Virus record (IMG/VR): IMGVR_UViG_3300024261_000026
Coordinates: 1,909 to 65,908 of that record
Reading direction: 5' to 3' (one strand)
From: a virus
Lineage: Duplodnaviria > Caudoviricetes
Length of the DNA: 64,000 nucleotides
The notes under the pieces were generated by a model. The model made no database searches and was not told where the DNA came from. It saw nothing but the letters and a program-made list of their open reading frames with translations. The position numbers and the translations under genes were made by a program. The first letter of the stretch is position 1. Every line of letters starts with the position of its first letter. Positions 10,001 to 17,460 of the stretch are shown here, one piece after another.

Positions 10001-10758
10001 AGGGGTACTGGTCTAGAATAAGAATAGTTGCAACTGGTTCTACTGCCCCTGTGTCTCTTGAATACATCAATCTATCGCCACACATTGCCACCTTCAATGG
10101 CATCGGTCAAAGAAATGCAAACGGGTTGGCGATGTGGAGAGAAACTATCGCTGGAACAGGCAACATCTTTGGCGAGACGGGCGGAGTAATCAGTGCCAAT
10201 CCCGCTATCGGTTCTGGCGGCGGAGTTACTGGGTGGAACCACAACATGAAGAACAGTCTACTGAACCAAACAGGAGATGCTATCTATACACAGTTCGCAT
10301 TGCCAGGCGGTATATGTACCTCATACCCTTTGCGAGTAAATCTGATTTATAGTTTGTCAAATAATTCTACACAAACATCTCCCCCAACTGGAACGATGTC
10401 ACTGTTAGCTCTTGAAGCCGCCGGGGTAGAAGTGGCAGACCCAGCTGGCGGCGAAGAACCAGTTTTACGATCTTTTAGTGCTACGGAAACATTCACCGCA
10501 AAGGCAGCATCAGCAATTGTGGCGAATCTCATCCCAGATGGAATAACACTCCCGGCAGCAAATCTAGACAGTAAGGTGATTAAAACTCACTTTGATTCAT
10601 ACGACATCAGTTCTTATTATGAGGATGATATAATAGCGATTAGGTTTGAACTTACTAATGATGGCACACCTAACCAAGATATTACTGTATGGGCAGTTGT
10701 AATCGAAGGTGTTAAATTTTCAGATGGTAAGGTAGTAGACCATGCTCATCATATTTAG
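1075..10758 (+). CDS. Giant (3227 aa) tail-fibre/adhesin-like virion protein: Kelch-like propeller, long repeat shaft, pectin-lyase-like beta-helix towards the C-terminus
   Basis: ETWEYDG Kelch-like repeats; 17 F(T/S)YDGS modules; G-x-x-x periodic GDVTGNVL tracts; YTTLSSAL..GETIHVFPGEYPE..VPVGVTVRG beta-helix cap motif; lies in structural cluster. Confidence 0.8.
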   Translation: MVKKGIAVYKSGSATDVTFRFLEDGSSRQGFGYTSSLHQITGALDLTGTLRLDISGTADGYMLVSDADGNASWRFSASSSQLPGGDDYQVQYNLNNDFTASADLEFSASSTYSTLRVTGSTELFGPANYSWTQKHPTTRPTAVIDIANAYDPDREVIVAFGGATSAGVAQSQTWEWDGQQWNQKFPATSPSARRGLLQSMVYDPDRKVFVLFGGNTGGTSFAETWEYDGTTWTQIVTATTPSSRTLASLVYDKVQKKVIMFGGATFGPTTPNNETWEYDGTDWTLLSPATSPAARFGAGMAYDESRNITVLAGGTTTSGATQETWEYNGTTWTQILPSTLPVLGIGDIAFTYDPLQKTVILYGANSSVQLLKYDGAVWTDITAEVGTPTPAGASSQIVRNITEYDVGRQELFVYGGLGYEIPTQTTLTGSWVLKQADVLTAAERKSYFLEDKDSKGQFTYALGVVNISGSSNALRVDTNLSKKALYVSGDSVDISGSTRMGTLSGHSHQVTGALQVTGTLKLDISGSLISGYVLTTDTAGNASWQPNTTSSFAAYAAEAGKVTNALSDGTGITAFTYDGSSVETVSIDESIVVTLTGSQTLTNKIISGTFSGSHTGSFTGSFAGDGAGLTGITAEWDGTHVGDAQITGTLYVTEGVEAQSFTGSLLGDIVGDLTGNVLGTSSFSDEAAKVSSELTDGTGITDFTYDGSSPATVSIDESIVVTLTGSQTLTNKIISGTFSGSHTGSFTGSFIGDGSGLTGLTGSVSAALTGAFGVVPFSYDGSSTAEVAIDDTIIVTLTGSQTLTNKIITGSFSGSHTGSFTGSFAGDGSGLTGITAEWDGTHVGDAQITGTLYVTEGVEAQSFTGSLLGDVVGDVTGNLLGTASFADEAAKVSSALTDGTGITNFTYDGSSPATVSIDQSIVVTLTGSQTLEDKIISGSFSGSHTGSFTGSFIGDGSGLTGITASVMLEPLTGAFGIVPFTYDGSSTADVAVDDTVIVTLTGSQTLTNKIISGSFSGSHTGSFTGSFFGDGSGLTGITASVMLEPLTGAFGIVPFTYDGSSTADIAVDDTVIVTLTGSQTITNKIISGTFSGSHTGSFTGSFAGDGSGLTGVTSIDTLDDVTSRGSTTANSITIGSFLSNGDSVISGNLDITDTLTAREFHTQIISSSIIYDSGSTKFGDSADDFHQFTGSIGLVSGNVVAPSFTGSFLGDLVGTASEAGKVTNALVDGTGISNFTYDGSSLATVEIDQSIVVTLTGSQILTNKTGSFSGSFTGSFLGDGSGLTGVTASLSEPLTGAFGIVPFTYDGSSTADVAVDDTVIVTLTGVQTLTNKIVSGTFSGSHTGSFTGSFAGDGSGLTGVTAEWDGTHVGDAQITGTLYVTEGVEAQSFTGSLLGDVVGDLTGNVLGNLVGDVTGNLLGNVLGDLTGDVTGNVLGNLTGDVTGNVLGNITGDLVGTASFATEASKVTSALTASYGIVPFTYDGSSPEHVEVDTSLIVTLTGSQTLTNKVISGTFSGSHTGSFTGSFIGDGSGLTGLTGTVSAPLTGAFGIVPFTYDGSSTADVAVDDTVIVTLTGSQTLTNKIISGTFSGSHTGSFTGSFAGDGSGLTGITAEWDGSHTGDASITGTLYVTDAIEAPSFTGSLLGDITGDVTGNVLGTASFATEAAKVSNALTASYGIVPFTYDGSSTAHVEVDTSLIVTLTGSQTLTNKIISGTFSGSHTGSFTGSFAGDGSGLTGITAEWDGTHVGDAQITGTLYVTEGVEAQSFTGSLLGDVVGDLTGNVLGDLVGDVTGNLLGTASFADEAAKVSNALTASYGIVPFTYDGSSTAHVGVDTSLIVTLTGSQTLTNKIISGTFSGSHTGSFTGSFAGDGSGLTGVTAAETDTLDDVTTRGNTTTNNIVVGGITSSAGGVITGSFIITGSAEITGTLDVLGNVSASGFYGDLFGTASEASSVTNALSDGTGITTFTYDGSSTATVAIDSTVVTLTGAQTLTNKIITGSFSGDLVGDVTGNVLGNVVGDITGDVTGNVLGNLTGDVTGNVLGNITGDLVGTASFATEAAKVSNALTASYGIVPFTYDGSSTAHVGVDTSLIVTLTGSQTLTNKIISGTFSGSHTGSFTGSFAGDGSGLTGVTAVATPGGVDQNIQFNSGSTFSGSDNLNFDYGTNTLTLTGTLEVSGSGAGAVEITGTLDVLGNVSASGFYGDLIGTASFATEAGKVTNALSEGTGITSFTYDGSSVATVSIDQAIVVTLTGSQTLTNKIITGSFNGDLVGDVTGNLLGNVVGDITGDVTGNVLGNLTGDVTGNVLGDLTGDVTGNMLGNITGDLVGTASFATEAGKVSNALTGGTGITSFTYDGSSTATVEIDSTVVTLTGVQTLTNKTITGSFSGDLVGDVTGNVLGNLTGDVTGNVLGDVVGNLTGNVLGNLTGDVTGNVLGNLTGDVTGNVLGDVVGNLTGNVLGNLIGDVTGNLLGTASYADEAGKVTNALTGGHGIEAFTYDGSATAEVTLASGTVALIDDTGKSTFYTTLSSALGVSVDGETIHVFPGEYPENNLTVPVGVTVRGIGGWAVTRIGTTSSLSNIMTLSDDSYIDNLSFNVPTGSNLASVVYTGSAGKTSGISNLTFFGDGASGLGDGIVIEHSGSGNSSKMIGSEIRLDLGGVNSLATVRSGIMAFESIHVPASAGTVNNVIQAIGTGRTQIISLNVGNSNVTNAMYMSGTSTNNVFNVNLFNCLNAFYFAEDGVDFDLAGGKVEVAQFTGFVDPAVTFTTASSISLNGVFEPAFSFPPAALDADFAMQFYQKNSTTRTAALRVLGSDLRVGFPEKGNSTLMGQGGQYGDKVTFLSTDDTATTVSDGGNFIDISTEASSLTGSTFTFQTASAGSTILMCSNRFSSTNLSLKHYGFQHKTSVGDISGSYAFDVWNGTAWEETPAQATSVVHSHRYANNVFMRSNIKEDIQYGEASTVSGSWVEKTIRGIEGYWSRIRIVATGSTAPVSLEYINLSPHIATFNGIGQRNANGLAMWRETIAGTGNIFGETGGVISANPAIGSGGGVTGWNHNMKNSLLNQTGDAIYTQFALPGGICTSYPLRVNLIYSLSNNSTQTSPPTGTMSLLALEAAGVEVADPAGGEEPVLRSFSATETFTAKAASAIVANLIPDGITLPAANLDSKVIKTHFDSYDISSYYEDDIIAIRFELTNDGTPNQDITVWAVVIEGVKFSDGKVVDHAHHI
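1459..2373 (+). repeat. Kelch-like beta-propeller repeats (about 6 blades) inside the giant fibre
   Basis: Repeated M/L-V/A-YD...V.LFGG...ETWE(W/Y)(D/N)G..W units of about 50 aa. Confidence 0.8.
2750..8600 (+). repeat. Intragenic modular protein repeats (17 copies of the F(T/S)YDGS module with variable accessory sub-modules)
   Basis: Counted in the translation: G(I/V)xxF(T/S)YDGS, mostly followed by VTLTG.QTLTNK; most copies continue with GSHTGSFTGSF.GDGSGLTG; interspersed EWDGTHVGDAQITGTL and (GDVTGNVL)n blocks. Confidence 0.9.
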
Positions 10759-10783
10759 AGCATAGAAGGAAGGAAGAAAGAAA

Positions 10784-11764
10784 ATGGCAGGTGGATTTGT
10801 AGCATTATATACGCAAGACTTTACTACGACCAGTTCTATAACTGTAACACATAACCTCGACAGGGTGGTTTGTGCAGTAAGAGTGCTAATAGGGTTTGAA
10901 GTAAGGAACGACCTTGTTGAGAGTGTCATCCCATCAGCGGCAGATCCGCGAAATGTGATTATTGTCACCCTGAAAGCATCTAATAGTGGTGTAATGCAGA
11001 TAATAGACTCTGATTATATTTGGGGTTCATTGCCGACACCAGAAGGTGCAGCAGCATTGGAGAACAATATAAGCGGATCTACTTTCAGCGGATCTTTCAC
11101 TGGATCGTTCATCGGTGACGGAACAGCATTATCGATTACAGAAACCGATACATTAGATGATGTAACAGGCAGAGGTAACACCACAACAAACAGCATTACT
11201 GTTAATGGAATAACTTCTAATTCAAATATCATTTTAACTGGTGCTCTAGATGCAACAGGCGATATTGATAATGCAGGAACTTACAATGGAATACAACACT
11301 ATACTAGTTCGGCAACAGATCCAACTGCACCAGCTCCGTCAGATGGGGACAGGTATTATAATACAGCACTAGATATGGAGATGAGATACGATAACACAAG
11401 AACAAAATGGTTATCAGTAGAATCTTCTGTGATGGAATTTGGTAGAAACGGAAATACTGGCGGCGGTTCATACTATAGAGGCCCTGGAAATCGAGCATAT
11501 TCCTCCGCCTCTGGGCGTACTGCTGAATTTAATGGCACCATAGTTTCAGTTTCATATACGAGAACCGATACTGATTCTGCGACATTTGAAGTCACCGCGA
11601 ATGGGACAGGAATAGCAACCCTTGCTTCGTCAGCAGCTACGGGTAAAGATATAACACTTAACGGAAACTTTACAGCAGATCAGATATTGGCAGTAAAAAA
11701 CCAAACTGGATCGAATACAACTAGGAACGTTTTAGGGTGGATAAGGATTAAGTGGAGGGTATAA
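10784..11764 (+). CDS. Tail-fibre-associated structural protein
   Basis: Shares FTGSFIGDG and ETDTLDDVT.RGNTTTN modules with the giant fibre; P..P.DGD.YYN linker typical of phage fibres. Confidence 0.75.
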   Translation: MAGGFVALYTQDFTTTSSITVTHNLDRVVCAVRVLIGFEVRNDLVESVIPSAADPRNVIIVTLKASNSGVMQIIDSDYIWGSLPTPEGAAALENNISGSTFSGSFTGSFIGDGTALSITETDTLDDVTGRGNTTTNSITVNGITSNSNIILTGALDATGDIDNAGTYNGIQHYTSSATDPTAPAPSDGDRYYNTALDMEMRYDNTRTKWLSVESSVMEFGRNGNTGGGSYYRGPGNRAYSSASGRTAEFNGTIVSVSYTRTDTDSATFEVTANGTGIATLASSAATGKDITLNGNFTADQILAVKNQTGSNTTRNVLGWIRIKWRV

Positions 11765-11765
11765 T

Positions 11766-13082
11766 ATGTCAACAGTCATTGTAGCAAAAAATCAAACAGG
11801 ATCCCCGCTGACACTTGAGCAGCTGCCTGTTCCTTCCGGCAGTCTCCCCGCTTCCCCTGGTGAAGTCACTCTCACAGATTATGCATCAGAGATGGAAATC
11901 CAATCTGATAGTGAGTTACTGGCATACATCACTGCCGGCAACGTGATACTATCAGTTAATGGTGTAACTTTCACACAGTCAGGTTCAATAGCGGTTGGAG
12001 AAACATTTGTTTCGACGTTTCCTCTTTATGGCGACTTTTATGACTCTGGTACCACAGATGTTGGTACATCTCCTACGACACTAGCACTTGATACTGTGCG
12101 GCAGAATAGCGATGGATCATTTGGGGCGGCATTTGCCCTATCTGGCGACCAAGTTACTGTCCAGGCTAATGCTGGCGGTACTTATGTGGTTCGATATGAT
12201 GTGACATTTGGAGAAACTGGCGGAGATAACAGGATCTGCGATCTATGGCTTGAATTAAACGGATCTGAGGTTCGCGCAACCCGCGCAGAGGTCGTATATT
12301 GGACTGAACATGGAGCGGAAAACAATGGCACTGCTGGTCGAAGTGCCATTATCACATTGGCACCCACGGATGTCCTTCGTGTTCGTGGCCAAGTAACGAG
12401 TGGAGCTGCCAATTATACTACTGTTGCAGGTGGGGTGGGATTGACCATATATGCTATCGGGTCTAACGGCATTATTGGTCCTGCGGGGAGCGACGGTGCT
12501 CAAGGTCCAGCGGGTTCTGGCACCACGATTACTGTTGAGGATGAAGGAGCCAACATTCCAAACACCCCACACAGCAATTTGAATTTTGTAGGTGCTGGAG
12601 TCACAGCAGCGGACGGAGGATCAGGAGTAGCAACTATAACTATCCCTGGTGGAGGAACGGCAAACATCGCTCAGTATAGACAAACGGGAAACCTAACCAT
12701 CGCCACAAGTGCGACAACGGTGGTTCTCAATGCGAACGACTTTGAAGACTCTAATTATACTCGTTCGGGCGAGAACATTACCATTGACACCGCAGGTATT
12801 TATCGGATAAGTTATAGTATTTTCTTCGACACCACTGCGAACGCCCGTAGAACTTGTGATGGCTGGGTCGAGCAGAATACTACCGAAATAGTTCCATCCC
12901 GTGCCAGTGGTTATACTCGTAATAATACTGATGACACTGCTAGTTTATCTGCCACATTCTTAGTTCAACTTGCCGCCACTGATGTTATTCGCCTTCGCTG
13001 CCAATCTACAGGCACGAGCGGTACAGCACAAGGTGTAGGCAATAGAATGTGGATTACACTTGAATTTGTGAGGGCTCCATAA
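11766..13082 (+). CDS. Fibre/decoration protein with two C1q/BclA-CTD-like domains flanking a short collagen-like G-x-x stretch
   Basis: Two similar domains (V/ITV/I..AG.Y.V/I.Y.V/I.F ... L(A)xTDV(L/I)R(V/L)R); GPAGSDGAQGPAG between them. Confidence 0.65.
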   Translation: MSTVIVAKNQTGSPLTLEQLPVPSGSLPASPGEVTLTDYASEMEIQSDSELLAYITAGNVILSVNGVTFTQSGSIAVGETFVSTFPLYGDFYDSGTTDVGTSPTTLALDTVRQNSDGSFGAAFALSGDQVTVQANAGGTYVVRYDVTFGETGGDNRICDLWLELNGSEVRATRAEVVYWTEHGAENNGTAGRSAIITLAPTDVLRVRGQVTSGAANYTTVAGGVGLTIYAIGSNGIIGPAGSDGAQGPAGSGTTITVEDEGANIPNTPHSNLNFVGAGVTAADGGSGVATITIPGGGTANIAQYRQTGNLTIATSATTVVLNANDFEDSNYTRSGENITIDTAGIYRISYSIFFDTTANARRTCDGWVEQNTTEIVPSRASGYTRNNTDDTASLSATFLVQLAATDVIRLRCQSTGTSGTAQGVGNRMWITLEFVRAP

Positions 13083-13240
13083 TGGCTACTAAAATGTTAT
13101 TTCTTTGTTCGTGTGGAGAATCGTTTGAAATTGACGATTCTACTGGAATGACGGATCATATCGATGCTAATACCACCCATACTGTCTCAGAGGAGTATGT
13201 TCATGCTTCTGTTATCGCCTCTGCTTCTGGTAGCCAGTAG
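13082..13240 (+). CDS. 52-aa protein with a C2H2-like motif (CSCGESF..H..H), not in the ORF track
   Basis: TAATG coupling to upstream stop; translation MATKMLFLCSCGESFEIDDSTGMTDHIDANTTHTVSEEYVHASVIASASGSQ. Confidence 0.6.
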   Translation: MATKMLFLCSCGESFEIDDSTGMTDHIDANTTHTVSEEYVHASVIASASGSQ

Positions 13241-13309
13241 TAAGAGTGATTAGTTTTGGGCACGATTACAGATAATAGGTAATAAACATAGATTTTAGTG
13301 AAGTTTGTT

Positions 13310-13318
13310 ACTATTTAC
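13310..13318 (+). promoter_or_regulatory. Putative late promoter motif ACTATTTAC
   Basis: Recurrent motif upstream of the scaffold gene. Confidence 0.65.
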
Positions 13319-13355
13319 TGGGAGAAAGATCTTTTTATTTTCTAGGGAGAAGAAT

Positions 13356-14381
13356 ATGTCTAATAAAATGCTAGAACAAGCAATCATTGACGCTAATGCG
13401 CTAAAAGAAGTTGCGCTTAAGAATGCCGAAGCAACAGTCGTCGAGAAATACTCTCGGCAAATTAAAGAGGCAGTTGATAATATGCTGGAGCAAGATGAAG
13501 AAGAACTCGATCTGGGCGCCCCAATTGGTGGCGAAGAAGAAGTAGCGATTGGACCAGATGTCGGGGATCAAATACCGCTGGCAGCTACTGATGGCGAAAA
13601 ACTATGCCCGTGCCCAGAGGAAGAAGAAGCAATTGAGATTGATTTTGATGATTTGCAAAACTTGATGGGTGCCCCCGCAGAAGAACCAACACCAGAAGAG
13701 GTTCTCCCACCAGCACTGGAAGAAGAAATCACCCTAGAAGAAGACGAAGATGAAGTGATGTTCGAGTTGGATGATATTGTGGGAGAAGCAGATAACATGG
13801 GAATGCCCGAAGATGCAGAGTCTGAAGAGGCGAAACAGACCGCTGCCGCATCACTCGAAGAAGATTCCGGCGAGAAGGAAGCAGAGCATATCGCCCTTCG
13901 GGAATCCAAGAAGAAGGCGTTACGAGATAATGCTACATTATCAAAGAAAAACTCCAAAGTTCTTGCAGAAAACAAGAACCTCATCTCAGAAAATACGACT
14001 TTAAAAGAAAACCAGAATAAACTCCTTGGAGAAAACAAGGGATTTAGAACACTTCTGGAAAAACTTTCACACACATTAGAGAGTGTAAATCTTTCTAATG
14101 CGAAATTAATTTATACGAATCAAATTCTAGGTAGCAACTCCTTGAATGAGCGACAAAAGATGAAAATTGTCGAGTCTATTAATGATGCTGATTCTGTTGA
14201 AACGGCGAAAGCGGTATTTGAAACCCTTCAAAGCGCAGTGGGATCATCATCTGATGACGGTCCAAAATCACTAAGCGAAGTAGTATCAAATAATCGCGCT
14301 ACAATGTTTAAACGAACAGAAAAAAAACAAAGCAAGACAGATTCCTATTCTAATAGGATGAAGAAACTTGCAGGCATTTAG
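13356..14381 (+). CDS. Prohead scaffold/core protein (T4 gp22-like role)
   Basis: Acidic coiled-coil protein immediately upstream of MCP, many L/I-x-E sites, C-terminal RMKKLAGI; start moved to ATG 13356 with GGAG SD. Confidence 0.8.
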   Translation: MSNKMLEQAIIDANALKEVALKNAEATVVEKYSRQIKEAVDNMLEQDEEELDLGAPIGGEEEVAIGPDVGDQIPLAATDGEKLCPCPEEEEAIEIDFDDLQNLMGAPAEEPTPEEVLPPALEEEITLEEDEDEVMFELDDIVGEADNMGMPEDAESEEAKQTAAASLEEDSGEKEAEHIALRESKKKALRDNATLSKKNSKVLAENKNLISENTTLKENQNKLLGENKGFRTLLEKLSHTLESVNLSNAKLIYTNQILGSNSLNERQKMKIVESINDADSVETAKAVFETLQSAVGSSSDDGPKSLSEVVSNNRATMFKRTEKKQSKTDSYSNRMKKLAGI

Positions 14382-14407
14382 CTTATCATTTAAGGAGGAA
14401 AAACAAT

Positions 14408-16084
14408 ATGTCTATTTTAGAAAAACTAACAGAAGGCATCGTTGAAAGGGATCTTCAAAGGGAAAGTCATTCTCTCGTTGAGAAATGGGAAAAGACTGGA
14501 CTTTTAGAGGGACTTGGAAACGAGGCCAAAAAGAACACCATGGCGTGTTTACTAGAAAACCAAGCGAAGGAACTTCTTCGCGAATCATCCAGCATGTCAG
14601 CTGGTGATGTTGAAGGATTTGCAGCGGTTGCATTTCCAATTGTGCGACGTGTGTTCGCAGGATTGATTGCCAATGATTTGGTATCAGTCCAACCGATGAG
14701 TCTACCTAGTGGTCTTATCTTCTTCTTGGACTTTACCAAGGATCGAGCACGATTAGGCGACGAGCTCGGCGACTCAGTATATGGTGGTGGCGCAGTCGCT
14801 AACCAGATTACTGGTGGCGTATCTCTTGTTGACGGTGATATTTCGAAATCATTCTACAACTTGAATAACGGTTACTCATCTCCAACGGGAAGTGGCAATG
14901 TCAATGTTACTGACCTCTTATCGGGTACTGTCGGCGGACCAGATGCCGTAGACAAGGCACTTGAGGAGATTCTACGTTATGATCCCGATATCGCTTCTGG
15001 GACGGCAGCATATGTCGGAACAGTGCCTATCACCGATATGGATCAGCTTAACTTGGATGATCTTATTACTGTCACTGTCACCCCCGGATTAGGCCGCCAA
15101 GCTCGACGATTGACTCAATTGAGTGGTACCGCAGGTACTGACTTGCTTATTGTTATCGCTGCTTCGGGTAGTGAAACTCCGGATGAATTGAATCCGGCAG
15201 GTGGAGTTGCGGCTCATGCAGCGTCTTGGGCAATTGTTGATGATTTCACCACGGGCGGAGCAATCGGCTCAGTTGTGGGTCGGCAAGATTGGGGATTGGA
15301 AGACAATGTTAATATTCCAGAAATCGACATCAAGGTTGATAGTGTTGCAGTGACAGCACAAACTAAGAAGTTGAAAGCGAAGTGGACTCCAGAATTGGGT
15401 CAAGATTTGAATGCATATCACAATCTTGATGCTGAAGTGGAACTAACGAGCATTCTTTCTGAGCAAATCGCTCTTGAGATTGACCAAGAAATCTTGGAAG
15501 ATCTTCTCAAGGGAGCGACTGCTGGTACGCAATACTGGTCACGACGACCTGGAAAGTTTCTCAACAAGTCAACTGGACAACCAATTAGCACATCTGCCAA
15601 TGAGGCGCTTTTAGGAGCGGATTTCACGGGTACTGTGTCTGAATGGTATGAGACACTGTTGGAGACTATCAATGATGTTTCCGCTCAAATCCATCGCAAA
15701 ACGTTGCGAGGTGGAGCGAACTTCTTGGTTTGCGGACCTGAAGTTTCTAACCTTCTTGAGTTTACTGCTGGTTTTAAAGCAACCGTAACCCACGATGATG
15801 ATCGAGGAACAACGGGTGCTGTGAATGTCGGTAGTCTTTCCAAGAAATGGGATGTCTATGTAGACCCCTATTTCCCACGAAATGTTGTTCTGGTTGGACG
15901 TAAAGGAAACTCATTCCTCGAAAGTGGATATGTGTATGCTCCTTATGTGCCCCTCCAAACGACACCAACTATCTTCGGTACTGAAGACTTCGTGCCTCGC
16001 AAAGGCGTGATGACTCGGTATGCCAAGAAGATGGTGCGACCGGACATGTACGGACTTGTTGTTGTGACTGATCTTCTTGGCTAA
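14408..16084 (+). CDS. Major capsid protein (T4 gp23 family)
   Basis: LLENQ, VSVQPMSLPSGLIFFL, KLKAKWTPELGQDLNAYHNLDAEVELTSILS.EIDQEI, YAPYVPL, GVMTRY motifs; AAGGAGG SD. Confidence 0.96.
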   Translation: MSILEKLTEGIVERDLQRESHSLVEKWEKTGLLEGLGNEAKKNTMACLLENQAKELLRESSSMSAGDVEGFAAVAFPIVRRVFAGLIANDLVSVQPMSLPSGLIFFLDFTKDRARLGDELGDSVYGGGAVANQITGGVSLVDGDISKSFYNLNNGYSSPTGSGNVNVTDLLSGTVGGPDAVDKALEEILRYDPDIASGTAAYVGTVPITDMDQLNLDDLITVTVTPGLGRQARRLTQLSGTAGTDLLIVIAASGSETPDELNPAGGVAAHAASWAIVDDFTTGGAIGSVVGRQDWGLEDNVNIPEIDIKVDSVAVTAQTKKLKAKWTPELGQDLNAYHNLDAEVELTSILSEQIALEIDQEILEDLLKGATAGTQYWSRRPGKFLNKSTGQPISTSANEALLGADFTGTVSEWYETLLETINDVSAQIHRKTLRGGANFLVCGPEVSNLLEFTAGFKATVTHDDDRGTTGAVNVGSLSKKWDVYVDPYFPRNVVLVGRKGNSFLESGYVYAPYVPLQTTPTIFGTEDFVPRKGVMTRYAKKMVRPDMYGLVVVTDLLG

Positions 16085-16110
16085 GATTAGCGAGACAACA
16101 TAAAAAAGAT

Positions 16111-16139
16111 AAGAGCCTCTTCGGAGGCTCTTTTCTTTT
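16111..16139 (+). terminator. Rho-independent terminator after MCP
   Basis: AAGAGCCTC-TTCG-GAGGCTCTT hairpin (cUUCGg loop) plus T-tract. Confidence 0.9.
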
Positions 16140-16147
16140 GTCCCCTG

Positions 16148-16156
16148 ACTATTTAT
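16148..16156 (+). promoter_or_regulatory. Putative late promoter motif ACTATTTAT
   Basis: Directly after the MCP terminator and before the neck gene. Confidence 0.7.
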
Positions 16157-16182
16157 AGGTGTAATCCTTGGGAGGAAATAAT

Positions 16183-17448
16183 GTGGCAGTCCCTACTCTA
16201 TCACCATCTTCAACTGTAAGTGCTATTGTACTACCATCAACCGGCGTAAAGGCGGATGTTACCGGATCGCTTCCATTCGGCGTATATACCAATGCTGATT
16301 TCATTTCAGGCGCAGTAGACCAAGTGGCATTCACTTATCGGAGACTCGGTGGCGACGTACTCGATATTGAACTTACTGCGAACAACGTATACGCTGCCTA
16401 TGAAGAGGCGGTTTTAGAATATTCCTATATAGTCAATATCCACCAATCAAAGAATACTCTATCCAACCTGATGGGTCAAACAACCGGCACCTTCGACAGC
16501 GACGGAGAACTACAGGCAGGAGATCTCCTCAATCAATTGAGCGGTACGGGAGCAGAGTTAAGATATCCGCGTTTTGATTTGGGATATGCTAACGCACTCG
16601 CTTCGGCCGCCTCCGAGAAGGCGCAGGTAGGCGGCAACGCGACTTTCTATTCTGCCTCCATAGATATAGTGGATGGTGTCCAAGATTACGACCTACAGTC
16701 TATCATCTCGTCTAGTGCTGCCGCCGGCGGAGTACCTTATGAGAACTTAGATGTGGGTAAGAAGGCGAATATCCAAAAGGTGTTTTATAAATCTCCACGT
16801 TCTTTCTGGAGGTTCTTCGGATACTATGGCGGCATAAACACAATAGGGAATCTCGGCACTTATGGGCAATATTCCGACGACAGCACTTGGCAAGTAGTTC
16901 CTGTATGGCAAAACAAACTCCAAGCGATGGCATACGAGGATATGCTCAGTACACGAACCTCTCACTACTCTTATGAGATAAGAAACAACAAAATTAGATT
17001 ATACCCTGTGCCTGGTACAGATTGGGTAACAAAGGTTTGGTTTGAATTTACAATAGATACAGATCCTCTCTTTGATGATGCAGGTCTTGATACGGGTGCT
17101 TCAGGCATCAACAACATGAACACCCTCCCGTTCGCCAACATTCCATACAACAACATCAACTCAATAGGGAAGCAGTGGATCCGAAGATTTGCTCTCTCTC
17201 TTTGTAAGGAAATGCTAGGACTCATAAGGAACAAGTTTACGACAATACCAATCCCAGGCGAGTCTGTTACGCTAAACGGCGACGCACTCTTGTCGCAAGC
17301 GAAGGAAGAGCAGGCCGCGTTGAGAGATGAACTGAAGACAGTCCTAGATGATATGACTTACGATAAGTTGATTGCCACTGACGCAGAGATGATGGAAAAC
17401 ACTGAGAATCTACAGGCAAAAATTCCAATGATAATTTTTACAGGATAG
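16183..17448 (+). CDS. Neck/head-tail adaptor protein (T4 gp13-like)
   Basis: RRLGG.VLDIELT..N...AYEEA, WIRRFAL.L.KEMLG.IR.KF..IP.PG..VTLNG..L..A.EE motifs; GTG start with GGAGG SD. Confidence 0.8.
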   Translation: MAVPTLSPSSTVSAIVLPSTGVKADVTGSLPFGVYTNADFISGAVDQVAFTYRRLGGDVLDIELTANNVYAAYEEAVLEYSYIVNIHQSKNTLSNLMGQTTGTFDSDGELQAGDLLNQLSGTGAELRYPRFDLGYANALASAASEKAQVGGNATFYSASIDIVDGVQDYDLQSIISSSAAAGGVPYENLDVGKKANIQKVFYKSPRSFWRFFGYYGGINTIGNLGTYGQYSDDSTWQVVPVWQNKLQAMAYEDMLSTRTSHYSYEIRNNKIRLYPVPGTDWVTKVWFEFTIDTDPLFDDAGLDTGASGINNMNTLPFANIPYNNINSIGKQWIRRFALSLCKEMLGLIRNKFTTIPIPGESVTLNGDALLSQAKEEQAALRDELKTVLDDMTYDKLIATDAEMMENTENLQAKIPMIIFTG

Positions 17449-17460
17449 AGGGCATAGGCA

